Shown one piece after another: positions 41,104-54,171 of a stretch of 64,000 bases of DNA (position 1 is its first letter; each line of letters opens with the position of its first letter). The notes beneath the pieces are model-generated. The model made no database searches. It worked only from the letters and a program-made list of their open reading frames with translations, and was not told the DNA's origin. Both the position numbers and the translations under genes were made by a program. Source of the stretch: Octopus bimaculoides (lineage: Eukaryota); NCBI RefSeq assembly GCF_001194135.2, contig NC_068982.1, positions 109,550,941 through 109,614,940 of the forward strand, in the 5' to 3' direction.

Positions 41104-41831
41104 NNNNNNNNNNNNNNNNNNNNNNNNNNNNNNNNNNNNNNNNNNNNNNNNNNNNNNNNNNNNNNNNNNNNNNNNNNNNNNNNNNNNNNNNNNNNNNNNN
41201 NNNNNNNNNNNNNNNNNNNNNNNNNNNNNNNNNNNNNNNNNNNNNNNNNNNNNNNNNNNNNNNNNNNNNNNNNNNNNNNNNNNNNNNNNNNNNNNNNNNN
41301 NNNNNNNNNNNNNNNNNNNNNNNNNNNNNNNNNNNNNNNNNNNNNNNNNNNNNNNNNNNNNNNNNNNNNNNNNNNNNNNNNNNNNNNNNNNNNNNNNNNN
41401 NNNNNNNNNNNNNNNNNNNNNNNNNNNNNNNNNNNNNNNNNNNNNNNNNNNNNNNNNNNNNNNNNNNNNNNNNNNNNNNNNNNNNNNNNNNNNNNNNNNN
41501 NNNNNNNNNNNNNNNNNNNNNNNNNNNNNNNNNNNNNNNNNNNNNNNNNNNNNNNNNNNNNNNNNNNNNNNNNNNNNNNNNNNNNNNNNNNNNNNNNNNN
41601 NNNNNNNNNNNNNNNNNNNNNNNNNNNNNNNNNNNNNNNNNNNNNNNNNNNNNNNNNNNNNNNNNNNNNNNNNNNNNNNNNNNNNNNNNNNNNNNNNNNN
41701 NNNNNNNNNNNNNNNNNNNNNNNNNNNNNNNNNNNNNNNNNNNNNNNNNNNNNNNNNNNNNNNNNNNNNNNNNNNNNNNNNNNNNNNNNNNNNNNNNNTG
41801 TGTGTGTGTGTGTATGTGTGTGTGTGTGTGT

Positions 41832-41876
<45 letters not shown>

Positions 41877-42628
41877 GATACATAGATAGATAGATAGATA
41901 AATTTAGTTATCTCGTTTCTTTATGCGTCTGACTCTTTTAAGCCATCATTATACTTGAAAATTAATCCTTTTGTTCTATCGTCTTTTGTTTGGTAGTGAA
42001 TATGACAAGCGCAATGTATATTAATCAGCAAATACTTCAGTCACTGTCTATGTGTTTGTACATACACATTATTTAAACATATCAGTACATGCACATAGAT
42101 TATACAACATTCAATTTTAATGATAATTCTGTTGTTTAGCAGCCTTCTTTTTCCTTCTTTTGTGAACTGCTTGAAACTATAATTCTCGTAAATCTTCCTG
42201 GATATTACAACTGTCGATTAAGACGTCGTCATCATTTTACCTTGTCTCATCTTTCTACGTTGAGCAAATGAATACCATGTGAAAAACACGGCGAATGAGA
42301 GCAAATGGCTTCGTGCGACGGAGATCAAATAGGAAACTCTGAGACTGCCTTTTAGTTCGACTATTAAGTACTCAGGTATTTATTACATCAACCAATATAT
42401 CACAATGTGATACCATTGTAAGCAGGTAAGTTACTTTCAAGCTCTATAGTTCAAAAGCTTCTTTTGATTACCAAAACTAACAAATTAACGTTTCAAAAAT
42501 GTTTGTTATGAGATTTGGTTGGCGGATGCTAAATATTAATATTTACTATTTACTATTCGTTCAAGATTGAAAGTTCGTTCCGGAAAGTGACACACACTCA
42601 CACACATATCTATCTATCTATCTATTTA

Positions 42629-42673
<45 letters not shown>

Positions 42674-43229
42674 GTGCCTGTCTGTCTGTCATTCTTTTAC
42701 TCCCTTACTAGTTGCAGTCCATGGACTTGACTATGCTAGAACACTGACTATACAATTGGTACTGTTTCAACAATACTTTTTACTGAATGATGGTGCTTGA
42801 TGACTCTGTCCTCGGGTTTTTTTTTGGGGGGGGGGGTTGTTGCAGTGACATTGGTTTGTACGGAATTGAATACATTTACATCTACTTTATTTAGATTTCT
42901 CATCTTTTTTTTATAAGATGTTGAAACTGTGGTTTTTGCACCAATATCTGTTGTAGTATGTGGGTCTAATTTCTGATGGAGAGGGTAAGACTATCAGGAC
43001 AATATATAAAGCAAAACTCGGGATCGAGGACTCCTCAGTATCGTGTACCATACTTTGTCTAATTTTTTAGGTGACATAATTAGTATGAATTTCGGTGACA
43101 AAATTGACAGTGGGGGATGCCTAATGGGTATAAAAACGTAGACAATGAATTACAATTTGTTAGGAATTCCTGAGTGGACAGAAAAGGAAAATATAAAAAA
43201 AACAACGATCATCGTTTCGAACTTAAATT

Positions 43230-43450
43230 AGACACAGACCTCTCGGTCTCGCCACCCATGACCCTGTGGAACATCCAAGATGTGCATCTAGATACAGAGT
43301 GGACAACTCCAACGTTCAACTGATACCTCCCACAGTGGAGTAGACTCAAACAACGTGAAATAAAGTGTCTTGTTGAAAGACCCAATATGGCAAACAGGAC
43401 ATGAATTCGAATCCTTGGCCTTATGATCGTGCGCCCAACACTCTAACAGA
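43230..43450 (-). mobile_element. Decayed tRNA-derived SINE (family C-like)
   Basis: caacgtgaaataaagtgtcttgttgaaagac is the reverse complement of the 38028 core. A B-box-like gaattcgaatcc is also present. Confidence 0.6.
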
Positions 43451-43788
43451 GATGTACTGAAAGTGATACGCAATATTTTCCCACGTAGAGAAGGCGAATA
43501 AAAACTTGGCGGTATTGTTAGTAGTTCTGAATGAAGAAGTGAGTTAATCTTGAGAAATTAAGAATAAATTCGTTGTTAAATTAAAATCTTTCGGAGGAAA
43601 TTTTATAGGCACACATTTCAGTCACAAACATTATTACAATTTTTTTCGTTTGCTTCTGAACTGGTATTGGCAACTCAATAGTTAAGTACATTTTTGGCGA
43701 AGAAAAACTGACATAAATAACGCTAAAAAGAGCTAAAAGAAAATAACTCAAATAACTATCATGCATTTCGAAATTAACGGTTGGAGAT

Positions 43789-44794
43789 GCCTATGGAATG
43801 TACGCAATACTGTACACGATAATTTACATGATTTCTAATTTCAAGAAACTTTTCGCCAAGCACCTGTTCCGCCGCTGCTTTGAGGTGATGGAGAACACAA
43901 ACCTCACCCTACAAGAGTTCTGGAAGGACCACTATAACATCGTGATATGCCTCAGAATTATCGGTATAGTCTGACATGGTGTTACAAAGAGGACCTTGAC
44001 TTCTGCGCGGAAGAGGTTGTGGCCTGAGGTTGTGTCTGAAATGAACTTTGAAAGACTCGAACCCGATGCGGCAGTGGAGGAGGGGGTTGTATTCCTTGGC
44101 AAGTCCATGGGTCTGGGCATGGATGAAGGTGACATCAACAAGCTCATCGAGGAGCTAAAGGAGCTACAGACGCAGCAGCACACGGAGGTATTGCAGGGAA
44201 TAGATGACGCAGAGGAAGCGGAGGAGGTTATCTCTGCAAGTGCGATAAAGGAAATGCTGGGAATATGGAACAAATTTTCAGGCTTTATTCGCAACTGGGC
44301 ATGCGACGACTATTTAATGACACTTGCCTAACTCATTTCAGAAACATTCTGAAAGGGAGGATGAAACAGGCCTCATTGGACAGGTTTTTATCGAAAACTC
44401 CTGCAGATAAAAAGTGAGGAAAGCATGGCGAAAAGGGTAAAAAGCAGCGAATAAGATTCAGTTATTCAGTTCAGCCTTTCTCCTCCATCTTCGTCAACAT
44501 CATCAAGTCGTGTGATCGCCAAGGTAAATGCTGTACTTTATACTTAATAAAACCAGTTCGTTGCAGTAAATTCTATTGCATTGTCTTTTGTTTTTTTTTA
44601 TCAAATATCCGTTATTTATAAGTATTTTTTTTCTGATTTAAAAGCACGTAACAGAAACATTGCGGTGTAATTTGGGGACCTGGAACGGATTAATGGTATT
44701 TCAATTTATTTCAATGGGGGAAATTGATTTGACATACGAGTAATTTGAGTTATGAGCTCCGTCACGGAACGAGTTAAACTCGTGCACCACTGTA
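43789..44794 (+). mobile_element. Tigger/pogo-family transposon 3' half
   Basis: ISNFKKLFAKHLFRRCFEV...LQEFWKDHYNIVICLRII...KRLWPEV...LGKSMGL.MDEGDINKLIEE. End gagttaaactcgtgcaccactg + TA. Confidence 0.85.
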
Positions 44795-45053
44795 TGTACA
44801 TATACCTCCACACACAACTCCTCGTTCACACACAACTCCTCGTTCACATACACACACATACACACACATATACACACACACACATGCACACACATGCACA
44901 CGCAAATAAACCCACACATACCTCCTATACACACACAACACACATACATACACGGAAAAAATAGATAAACAGTATTAGCGTCTGCTAATACATTACATGT
45001 AGCACGTCCTCACGTTGTTGATTTTCACGTTTGTTCTTCTTTTTGGAGATTTA

Positions 45054-45095
<42 letters not shown>

Positions 45096-45100
45096 GCACA

Positions 45101-45905
45101 TACGTGTTTCGGTTGTAAAATTCATAGGCTAGCTAAGATACTGTCATAGAATTTAATTTATTGAGGTTTATTTTTCAACGTAGTGTTCCTTGCGGTTTAC
45201 ACACTTCTTCTATCAGTGTTGTGGTGTTTGGATCCCATTGGTGAAAAAGTTTTCCTCTTGTTGGGCAAAAAAGTCCTCAACAGCAGATATGACGTTATCA
45301 TCTCTGCGATACTTGTTCCCAGTCAAGTATTTTTTTTTATGTTGCGGAGCATGATATTCAGATAGGGCCAAGTCAGGAAAATAGAGAGGTTGATCAATAT
45401 ATTCCAAGTCACAGTAATGAACAGCAGCTATCGAGCCCAAGGACTTGTGTACTGCAGCATTTATCTTATGAGTCAAAACCTCGTTCCGTCAGTTTTTTTT
45501 CTGGGCGCGTTGGTCTTGATAGCCTTTCGTAACTGCCCCAGCAAGTTGGCTGAGTACTTTCCATTGGTGGTGTGGCCCGTTTTGTCTCTCCTAAAACTGA
45601 GGCCATCATTTTTCCTGCAGCTGAAACGGCCTTGGCCTTCTTTGGAGCAGGTGAGGAGGGGTGTTACCACTGCATGGATCGTCTCTTTGTCTCTGGCTCA
45701 AAGTGATGAACCCAGCACTCATCCTGGTTTAGGAAACGTTAAAAAAAAACTAGCTGATTCTGCCTCATATAATATCAGATATTCCTGTGATGTCATCAGT
45801 CTAGAGTGCTTTTGATCAAGTATCAGAAAATGTAGCACCCACCGAGCAAAAACCTTCGTCATGCCAATTTTATAGTGCAGAATATTCTTTCTGATATCAA
45901 GAAAA
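45101..45905 (-). mobile_element. Decayed mariner (same family as 8426-9592)
   Basis: VFARWVLHFL, QDECWVHHFEPETK and YFPDLALSEY. Terminal aaattcataggct. Confidence 0.85.
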
Positions 45906-46652
45906 AGCATAATATTAGAACACCATGCCAGATTGTTAGTTGTCTTAAATATTTTTATGCTTCCTTTTACTAGGAAAAGTTACTTTGTAGTGATGGTTTT
46001 CGAAATAGTTCAGAAATACGGAGGTAGAGTTCTTATTTAATAGGCCGAATAATGTACAGTTACACTTGCACTTTACTGAATATATCATGTCAATGCCAAC
46101 ACTTAAGTAGTTTCTACAGAACGTGAACTATCCAAGTCGCTAGGCGTGCATGACTGACTTGTAAGGCGGTTTCAACTTGAGAACCTGCCTTGAAGATGGA
46201 GTTTTAATGATGCCCGGCTATTCCAAACAGGTTTTAGGAATCATTTTATTACTTTGTGTATATTTAAAATATATGCAAATATATGAAATATGCCAGCACA
46301 CATACATAAGTGCGCAAACGTACACACATAGAGATAAATTAGTATACATCTATTATTGTTATTTATGCCCAGAAATATTTTGTGCTTGCAAATGCCATGC
46401 AAATTATTCTAGTATTAACAATCATTTTAATGGAAATCATTTGGGGCATAGCTAGTCATATTCCGGCGCCTCTCAGATGTATCATTTTTCTGTTATTGGT
46501 TATACTCCAATAACTTCTAAATATTCGCTGGTTCACCTAATATATATGGCGTCTTCTTTAATAATATCTTCATGAATGTACCCTTATTATTGTGGAAAAT
46601 GACAACTCTCCAGCACATATGCGATAAGACTAATAAAAAAATAATTCATATT

Positions 46653-46709
<57 letters not shown>

Positions 46710-47227
46710 ACGGACAAAACTGAACAAATAATGAGGTAAAATATCAATAACGCTTAAGGAAAATAGAAAAAAAAACATCCGTTACAATGAAAACCAAAAT
46801 GCAAAAAAAAAAGATAAACACCATATCTGTCATCAGAAGTAAATGAAGTTTTTCGGTGAAACTCACTTCTCACTATTACTCTTCAGTCGCAAATAAAAGT
46901 GCAAGTCAAACCACACTAACGAAAATAAGTAGAAAAAAATTATTTCCATAGTCACAAAGTAGCAACATTAGATATTAGCAGATGTAAGTCAATACAAAGT
47001 TTCAGACTAGAGTCAATACAAATAAACAAAACGTGTGATGACAACTAAATATGTATCAATCAATGCACTACTATGTATAAATGTAAATAGGCATTCCTAT
47101 CAATATATCTATCTGTCTGTCTGACTGTCTTTCGCTCTCTCTATGCATGTAAAAATGTATAAATGCATATATGCACATATACGTATNNNNNNNNNNNNNN
47201 NNNNNNNNNNNNNNNTATATATATATG

Positions 47228-48600
47228 GAGTTAAATGCAGGTGTTATTCAAATTCCTTCTACTTCCGACATAGTAATGGAGACATGAAATCTAGTTGTAA
47301 TGATATGAACAATTTCAATTTTAATTTATACCAAACACCAAACAGAGGAAGGTTTAATTTTTAAAACGAAAGGGAGATAACCGTTATTTAAACCCCTTTA
47401 TTCATTCTAAAGGTAAATCGATGTCTTTTTAAGATAGTTACACTAAAAATAAGACAACTAATAGCAAAACTATTTGGTTGATTATTCCTTATGGGAGGCA
47501 AATTAAATCTAGTCTTCCTTTCCAGTTTCGGGAAGCTATTATTAGGAATTTTCCAAAGAATTCTTGGTATTACTCTATTATCAACTCGCACACGGTTAGG
47601 ATTAGTTTTTCCAACACAAAAAAATCTCTCACAAATTATCTCTTCATATAATATTAGTCTGTTAAATAAGAATCCAATTACTAATACTAACATTAATTTA
47701 GCTCATACTAACCATCCCCCTAGAAATATTAATAACAAGGTTATTGTCTCTGAAGTCAATTCCAACAGAATTAAGTTTATATCTAGTAATTCTAAGATTA
47801 AAATCTCTATATGCCAGTGTAAAATTACTTCAGGTACCGAAGTAAATTTTTTATATATGTAGTTGTTTTTTCTCAGTTATCTAAAAGAATTTCTAATCAT
47901 TACTCTACATTTAGAGATAGTAATAAACGCAACAGTACAGGGCTTAGTAAATTAATTTGGTATCTAAAAGACCATAATAAGCAATATAATTTAGATTAGT
48001 TGATGCTCTCCATTTCATTCCCATATGATAAAGGCAAAAAATTCTACCAACTCTGGAATTCTGAACTATTTTCTATTCTATTTTCTAAGAATCCCCTTGT
48101 AAACACGGTTATAGAGCATGCTTATCGATGTACACATTGGCAGAAACATACCTTTAGTTCATATAAGTGATATCTACCATTATATATAATTTGAACATTG
48201 ATTTTCTTCTTACATTTCACTTCCACTAGATATATCTTTTTCCAAGCCTTCCAGCTTTTATTTAATTCACATATCGCTCTATATTTCTCACTTATTAATT
48301 TTCTGTTTATTTTTTCCCTTTACTCCTACTCTTTCTATAGGCTACCTTTGACGTTATATCTTCTAACGGTTTTTTAAAAAAAGCTTGTTAACGTTCCGTT
48401 CATTATCATACACATCCATCACATTCTGTTAAAATGACTTATTGATGAGTTTGGTTTCTGTCTTTCCCTGATGAGAAGATTACATTGTTTTAAACCATTT
48501 TATTTCTTTGGAATAATACCGATGTTGTCTTCGAAACATATGTCGGAAGTAAAAGAATTTGAATAACACCTGCGTTTAACTACATTTATTTATTTATATT
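47228..48600 (-). mobile_element. Penelope-like element relic flanked by inverted pLTR fragments
   Basis: 47228-47272 is an inverted copy (~41/45 identical) of 48539-48582. The second end carries a hammerhead ribozyme. The internal region has decayed minus-strand coding remnants (e.g. FTSVPEV). Confidence 0.6.
48463..48549 (+). ncRNA. Minimal type I hammerhead ribozyme
   Basis: Stem I UUUCC(48463-67)/GGAAG(48545-49). CUGAUGA at 48468-74. Stem II GAAGAU..ACAUU/GAUGU..GUCUUC. GAAA at 48533-36. Stem III C-AUAU-G (palindromic ACAUAUGU). GUC cleavage triplet at 48542-44. Confidence 0.85.
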
Positions 48601-48699
48601 ATACAAGATATTTCACATCAACCCGGAGTTTCTACCTTTACAAAGAGGGTGTTGCGTCCTTATTACTTGTGTGATTTGCTGCACTGGTAACTGCACACG

Positions 48700-48735
<36 letters not shown>

Positions 48736-48762
48736 ACACATACTCACATATATAAGTCTATC

Positions 48763-48881
48763 ATCGAAGCTGAAACTGAGTGTTTGTCTACCAGCTCGAG
48801 TTTCATGCCACTACGATCTTCAGTCGAGAATAGAGGTGTGAAACTTGAGTCACGAAACAAACTTTCAGTTTCAGTTTCAAT
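48763..48881. repeat. Degenerate palindrome, MITE-like
   Basis: atcgaagctgaaactgag...ctcgagtttcatgcc pairs with ggtgtgaaacttgag...ttcagtttcagtttcaat around a ~25-nt spacer. Confidence 0.55.
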
Positions 48882-48983
48882 AAACAGAAATTAAAGACAA
48901 AGGAGATACTTCACATTATTGAGCTCTTCTCTTCTATCTATCTATCTAGATAGAAACGAAATAAACAGCGCCGTTATAGATTT

Positions 48984-49032
<49 letters not shown>

Positions 49033-49702
49033 GGTGAGATAAACATCTGACCCCTTGCATGGTATAATTCTGCAAGGACCTTGTCATGTCTCCACTAGTA
49101 TCGGTCTTCTCCCAATGCCTACAGCATCCGGGCAAAACGTGAGTCAGGACGTAAAGAGATGCTCTACACTGCTATCAAGATTTGCCTTCTTCTTTGCACC
49201 ATATTTCAAGCTCTATTTTCTACCTATGGTAATCAGATAATGCGAATTAGAAGCTTCAAATCTAATATTATGGTTATAATTTTAATGTTCTTTCTTTATA
49301 AAAGGCTTTCATTTAGTGCTTTTAACTGCACTTGATCAGATGTGCCTGATTTTTCACCCTCCTCACGGTTTGCGGCTTTATTGCGTTCTTCTTTGATTTA
49401 CTTTTAGTGAGTGGTTCTTCCTTTTAGATTCACTTCCACAATTTCATATGAGGTTAGTAGCTTTATAGAAAATCACAGACAACACAAGTAAGGGAATAAC
49501 ATAAAAAAGAATGTTGTAGGTAAGGACAACGAAATGATAACAATCTATTGCCGTGAATATACTAAATAGCTCAATTCGAAATTTCGAGAACGAGAGTAAA
49601 TACGACAATCCGTTCGAGTATTGTACCTTCCAGCCTTTGTTTGGGATACAGCAGTGTCTTCCAGCCTGATAAAGTTGTATAATAGTGATAATTCTTCATG
49701 TG

Positions 49703-49807
<105 letters not shown>

Positions 49808-49992
49808 TTTGTNNNNNNNNNNNNNNNNNNNNNNNNNNNNNNNNNNNNNNNNNNNNNNNNNNNNNNNNNNNNNNNNNNNNNNNNNNNNNNNNNNNNNNNN
49901 NNNNNNNNNNNNNNNNNNNNNNNNNNNNNNNNNNNNNNNNNNNNNNNNNNNNNNNNNNNNNNNNNNNNNNNNNAGTGATAATTCTTCATGTG

Positions 49993-50032
<40 letters not shown>

Positions 50033-50037
50033 ATAGA

Positions 50038-50415
50038 GGAGGCGCAATGGCCCAGTGGATAGGGCAGCGGACTCGCGGTCATAGGATCGCGGTTTCGATT
50101 CCCAGACCGGGCGTTGTGAGTGCTTATTGAGCGAAAACACCTAAAGCTCCACGAGGCTCCGGCAGGGAATGGTGGTGAACCCTCTGTACTCTTCCACCAC
50201 AACTTTCTCTCACTCTTACATCCTGTTTCTGTTGTGCCTGTAATTCAAAGGGTCAGCCTTGTCACACTGTGTCACGCTGATTATCCCCGAGAACTACGTT
50301 AAGGGTACACGTGTCTGTGGAGTGCTCAGCCACTTGCACGTTAATTTCACGAGCAGGCTGTTCCGTTGATCAGATCAACTGGAACCCTCGACGTCGTAAG
50401 TGATGGAGTGCCAAC
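50038..50415 (+). mobile_element. Full-length tRNA(Arg)-like SINE (family D; probably octopus OR-type)
   Basis: A box tggcccagtgg, TCG anticodon-like loop, B box ggtttcgattcc. Near-identical to 57130-57508. Confidence 0.9.
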
Positions 50416-53400
50416 ATGTATGTATATGCATATATGGATACAAGATGTCACCAACTGTGTAAACAATATGAAATACGAAAACAAACGAGTTAAATACGCA
50501 AACAACGACAGAAAAATGAAACAGGACAAGTAACACAAAGAACGACCCTTCATCAGTTGTCGGTTGCCTATCTACTCCTCATTTCGAGCATTCAACGACA
50601 ATATGAATCTTCGAAGACAGTTGCGCCCATAAATTACAAAATAAAATTTTGGATTTATGGAGGGTCAAAGTTGGGAACAAAAACATGTCGTGAAGACATA
50701 CATACAAGGAAACCGCTAATGACTGAAACAAGTAAAAGGTAAGCGGGCAATTTGGTATTCCGCTGATTTCGTTTTGAGAACAATTTAGGTCTTAGTAGAC
50801 ACAAGATGTGATCTATTTCTAGCACATTAAATGTCCACCTTAGTGGTCAACGTTATATATAAAAATATCTATATTTGATAGATAGACGGACAGATAGATA
50901 GATAGATAGATAAATAGATAAATAGATAGATAGATAGATAAATAGATAGATGCGTGAGTGTATATATATATATGTATGTTTATGTATATATGTATACTTC
51001 AAAAGTTGTACATTCCGAGATGATAAATATATCTAAAAAAAAACTAATAGTTGAAGAAAAGCAATAATAATAGTAATAACAGTAGTAGCTAAATTACAAA
51101 TATATGTAAAAGATATAAAATCAGTAACATTTTTTAGTGATTTTTAAGTAGCAGAATCAATGTAAAATCACTTAATAAACTTTGATATATAAAGGTGTGA
51201 AACTGCTAAAAGTGTGCTATCGAATTACTATCATTTCTCAATATTTTGATGTTATTTAAAAATATATATTGACGTTATCCTATAGTTTATGTTAACACTG
51301 TAGCTGAACTTGACATTTACTTTCCTGCAGTTCATTGGCTTGAAATATTTGTTCCACTTATTTCAAATTCTCGCCAAAATTCATCACATGATATTGTCCA
51401 ATTAAAACAATTGCAGCAGATATATCAAACTACATTTTAATATGTTAGTAAATGGTTGTAGCGCCACAAAGTAAACTGTAAGTAAATCCCGGTAAGCTGA
51501 ATCCACTAAACAGTTACTTTTTTTTTAATTTAAAACTTTTATTCTACATTTATGGTTCTGATGCACTTAAAAACGAAGGCCATGAAATCACATTCCTATT
51601 CGTTTTTTGACATTTTGCTCTATTCAGAAATCTGCCTCCTTCTAAACTGCTACCCTATTGAAGAATTACTGTATCTCTAATTTAAATCTGCTCTTTCTTT
51701 ATCGTCAATTTTGGCTACTACTGAATTACTGCTCCGATTTTCTTTCCAGTTGTTAGATATTTATATATGATACATTTCCAATGTCTACTAATGATGTAAA
51801 TGATGGAATTATAACAGAGTAATCTTATGCCTTAGCCTAGCATTTACAGCGCGCTTAATTTTAACACTGTTCATTCTTAATGCGTTAGCACACTCAGTTA
51901 CGAGTACCAAAGAAAACGTTCGGTGAACTTGAGTTATGATTAAAGTAATACTACTTCGTTAGCATCACTAATATTCATTAGACAAGTATACTTTTTTGCT
52001 ATGCTCCAATGCTGCATGCCTTCAAACTTTTCTGCATGGAGGGGAATTGGTATCGAAATGTTGATTTGGGTTTGACTAAAGGCCCCGAAAACGTTACATA
52101 TTACAGAATATTACTAAACATATCTCACTGCTTCAATGATTTTAATATTTCTATATTTCACTTATAATTCTGTTCAATACGAGTTCAATTTGCTACTTAC
52201 ATTTTGCGCTAGATTATGCGTAGTCTTGTTTTAAACTAATATATGCAATTCAGTTCTTGTATATGTTGAACATCATATCAAACTTTACTTGATCATTGAG
52301 AATGTAATTCATTGTAACACTGCAAATCTTCGTACATATTGTGTCATAAAATTTTTACACCCATTCTTTAATGCAAGAACCGAAGATAAAGCGTAGAATG
52401 AAAATCTTGCATTTTTAAAATATTCTATAATATAGAATATATTGTTGACTATTGCAAAAAAAAAAAAAGTGTTTAAAATTGTTACACATACAAATACGTA
52501 CTATGAAAGAGGGTCATATGCTATTGGAAACCTTCTATGAATGTTGAATATTTGCAATACAGTAAGAAAAGATGTAAAGTAGTAAAAACGTTGTAAAAAA
52601 GGTTTGGGTTTTCTATTTTTATGTAAATAGAAATATCTCTGCCTTCTATGTTGCGGAAGGTAGGATTTTTGTGAATCTGTGCTGTTAATAATGCTGGTGC
52701 GCATATAACATTTACGTTATTGTAGTTTAACAAAATATTATTAGTAATTTAGAAAAAAACATTAGTCAATGCTTATAAGTTGCTCTTTCTATATTTAAGT
52801 TAGTATTAATACATGGTGAACGTTATACTCATACTAATCCTAACATAAAACTTCTCGAAATTTTTCTCAATTTTGCGTAACATTTTACATTGTTTTATGA
52901 TATCTTTCTCTCTACCTTACTTCTTCTCTCTCGCCAAATATGCACGTGTGTATATTGTTGGGTGTATGTTGTTGGGTGACGAAAAACGTTTTAAAGTATT
53001 TAGTTACATATATTTAAATTCTTAGTTTTGAAACTTACCGGCCCATACAAGCAGGAATTGGAGTCTGTTCGATCGACAGAAGTATGACTTTCAGTAGAAA
53101 GTAGCCATAAAGAAATTGCAAAAAGGTACTATTCATACATTTTCTGCTAATATATTACTATAAAAGGAATGGTACATCTAGGGAAATTTGCTGAGATTTA
53201 AGAAGTTTGGTTGCCGTGAGGAACGAAAAAACTGACAAGTCGAGATACACCAGTTGCCTTCCATCTCTGCACCTTCATATCCCGTATCTCACACCATCGT
53301 CGCTTATTAATTTCGAATACCTCCGCATCTACTATTGTCCCCAATAAGCTTTTCACTCCTATTTCACTCTCGCTGGCCATTACTTACACACAAGACTCCA

Positions 53401-53429
53401 TTGAAGGGTTATTGTGCGAAACGTGATTT

Positions 53430-53900
53430 ATTAGGGTATATGTATACATGTGTGTGTGTGTGAGTGTGCATACGTGTGTATATGCATACACTCACACAAA
53501 TATGTACGCGTTATGTCTGTATGCACGTATGGATGGATGGATGGATGTGTGTGTCTGTGTTTGTGCGTATGTGTGTGTATATATATATATATGTGCATGT
53601 GTGTATAAATACACATACACACATATATATGCGCATTATGTCCGTCTGTCTGTATATATGCATGTATGTATATATGTATGGATGGATGTGTATGTCTGTG
53701 TGTATGCGTATGTATGTGTATGTATGAGTATATATATATGCTTGTGCGTATAAACACACTTTCACACACATATATATCCGCATTATATATGTGTGTGCAT
53801 GTATGTATGTATGTATGTATGTATGTATGTATGTATGAATGTATGAATGGATGGATGTGTGTGTGTGTGTGTATGCTTGTGTGCGCGTGTGCGTATGTTA
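53430..53900. repeat. Mixed (TG)/(TA)/(TATG)/(GGAT) microsatellite field just upstream of the kinase exon
   Basis: Direct reading. Confidence 0.9.
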
Positions 53901-54020
53901 AGAGAGACCGAAATAGAGGGAGGAGATGATAGAAAAGAGAAGGAAAATTATTCTAGAAATTTTGATTCTTCATCATTGTGTTATGAGAAAAAGCAACTAA
54001 TCTTCTGCATTTTCTATTAG

Positions 54021-54171
54021 GTTTTAGCAGGTCCTTGGGAAATAGCTCGGACGAGTATTTTAATGGAAGAAAACAATCGAGACGGAAAATTTGGTGTTCT
54101 GGTGCGGGCAAAGCTGTGTGATGGATTCAACCAGAATATACAGGCTCCTGTTACCGTAAAAATTGCCAGAA
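54021..54171 (+). CDS. RET: RET-like kinase exon, subdomains I-II (equivalent to human RET exon 12)
   Basis: Acceptor tttctattag (54019-20) and donor A|gtaagt (54172). 151 nt, phase 0 to 1. Encodes VLAGPWEIARTSILMEENNRDGKFGVLVRAKLCDGFNQNIQAPVTVKIAR, aligning with RET [29 protein letters not shown]...VAVKMLK. Confidence 0.85.

Noticed and set aside
50038-50115. Apparent tRNA-Arg gene (also 57130)
   Set aside because: It continues into a ~300-bp SINE body, the stems are imperfect and there is no T-run terminator. It is a SINE head.
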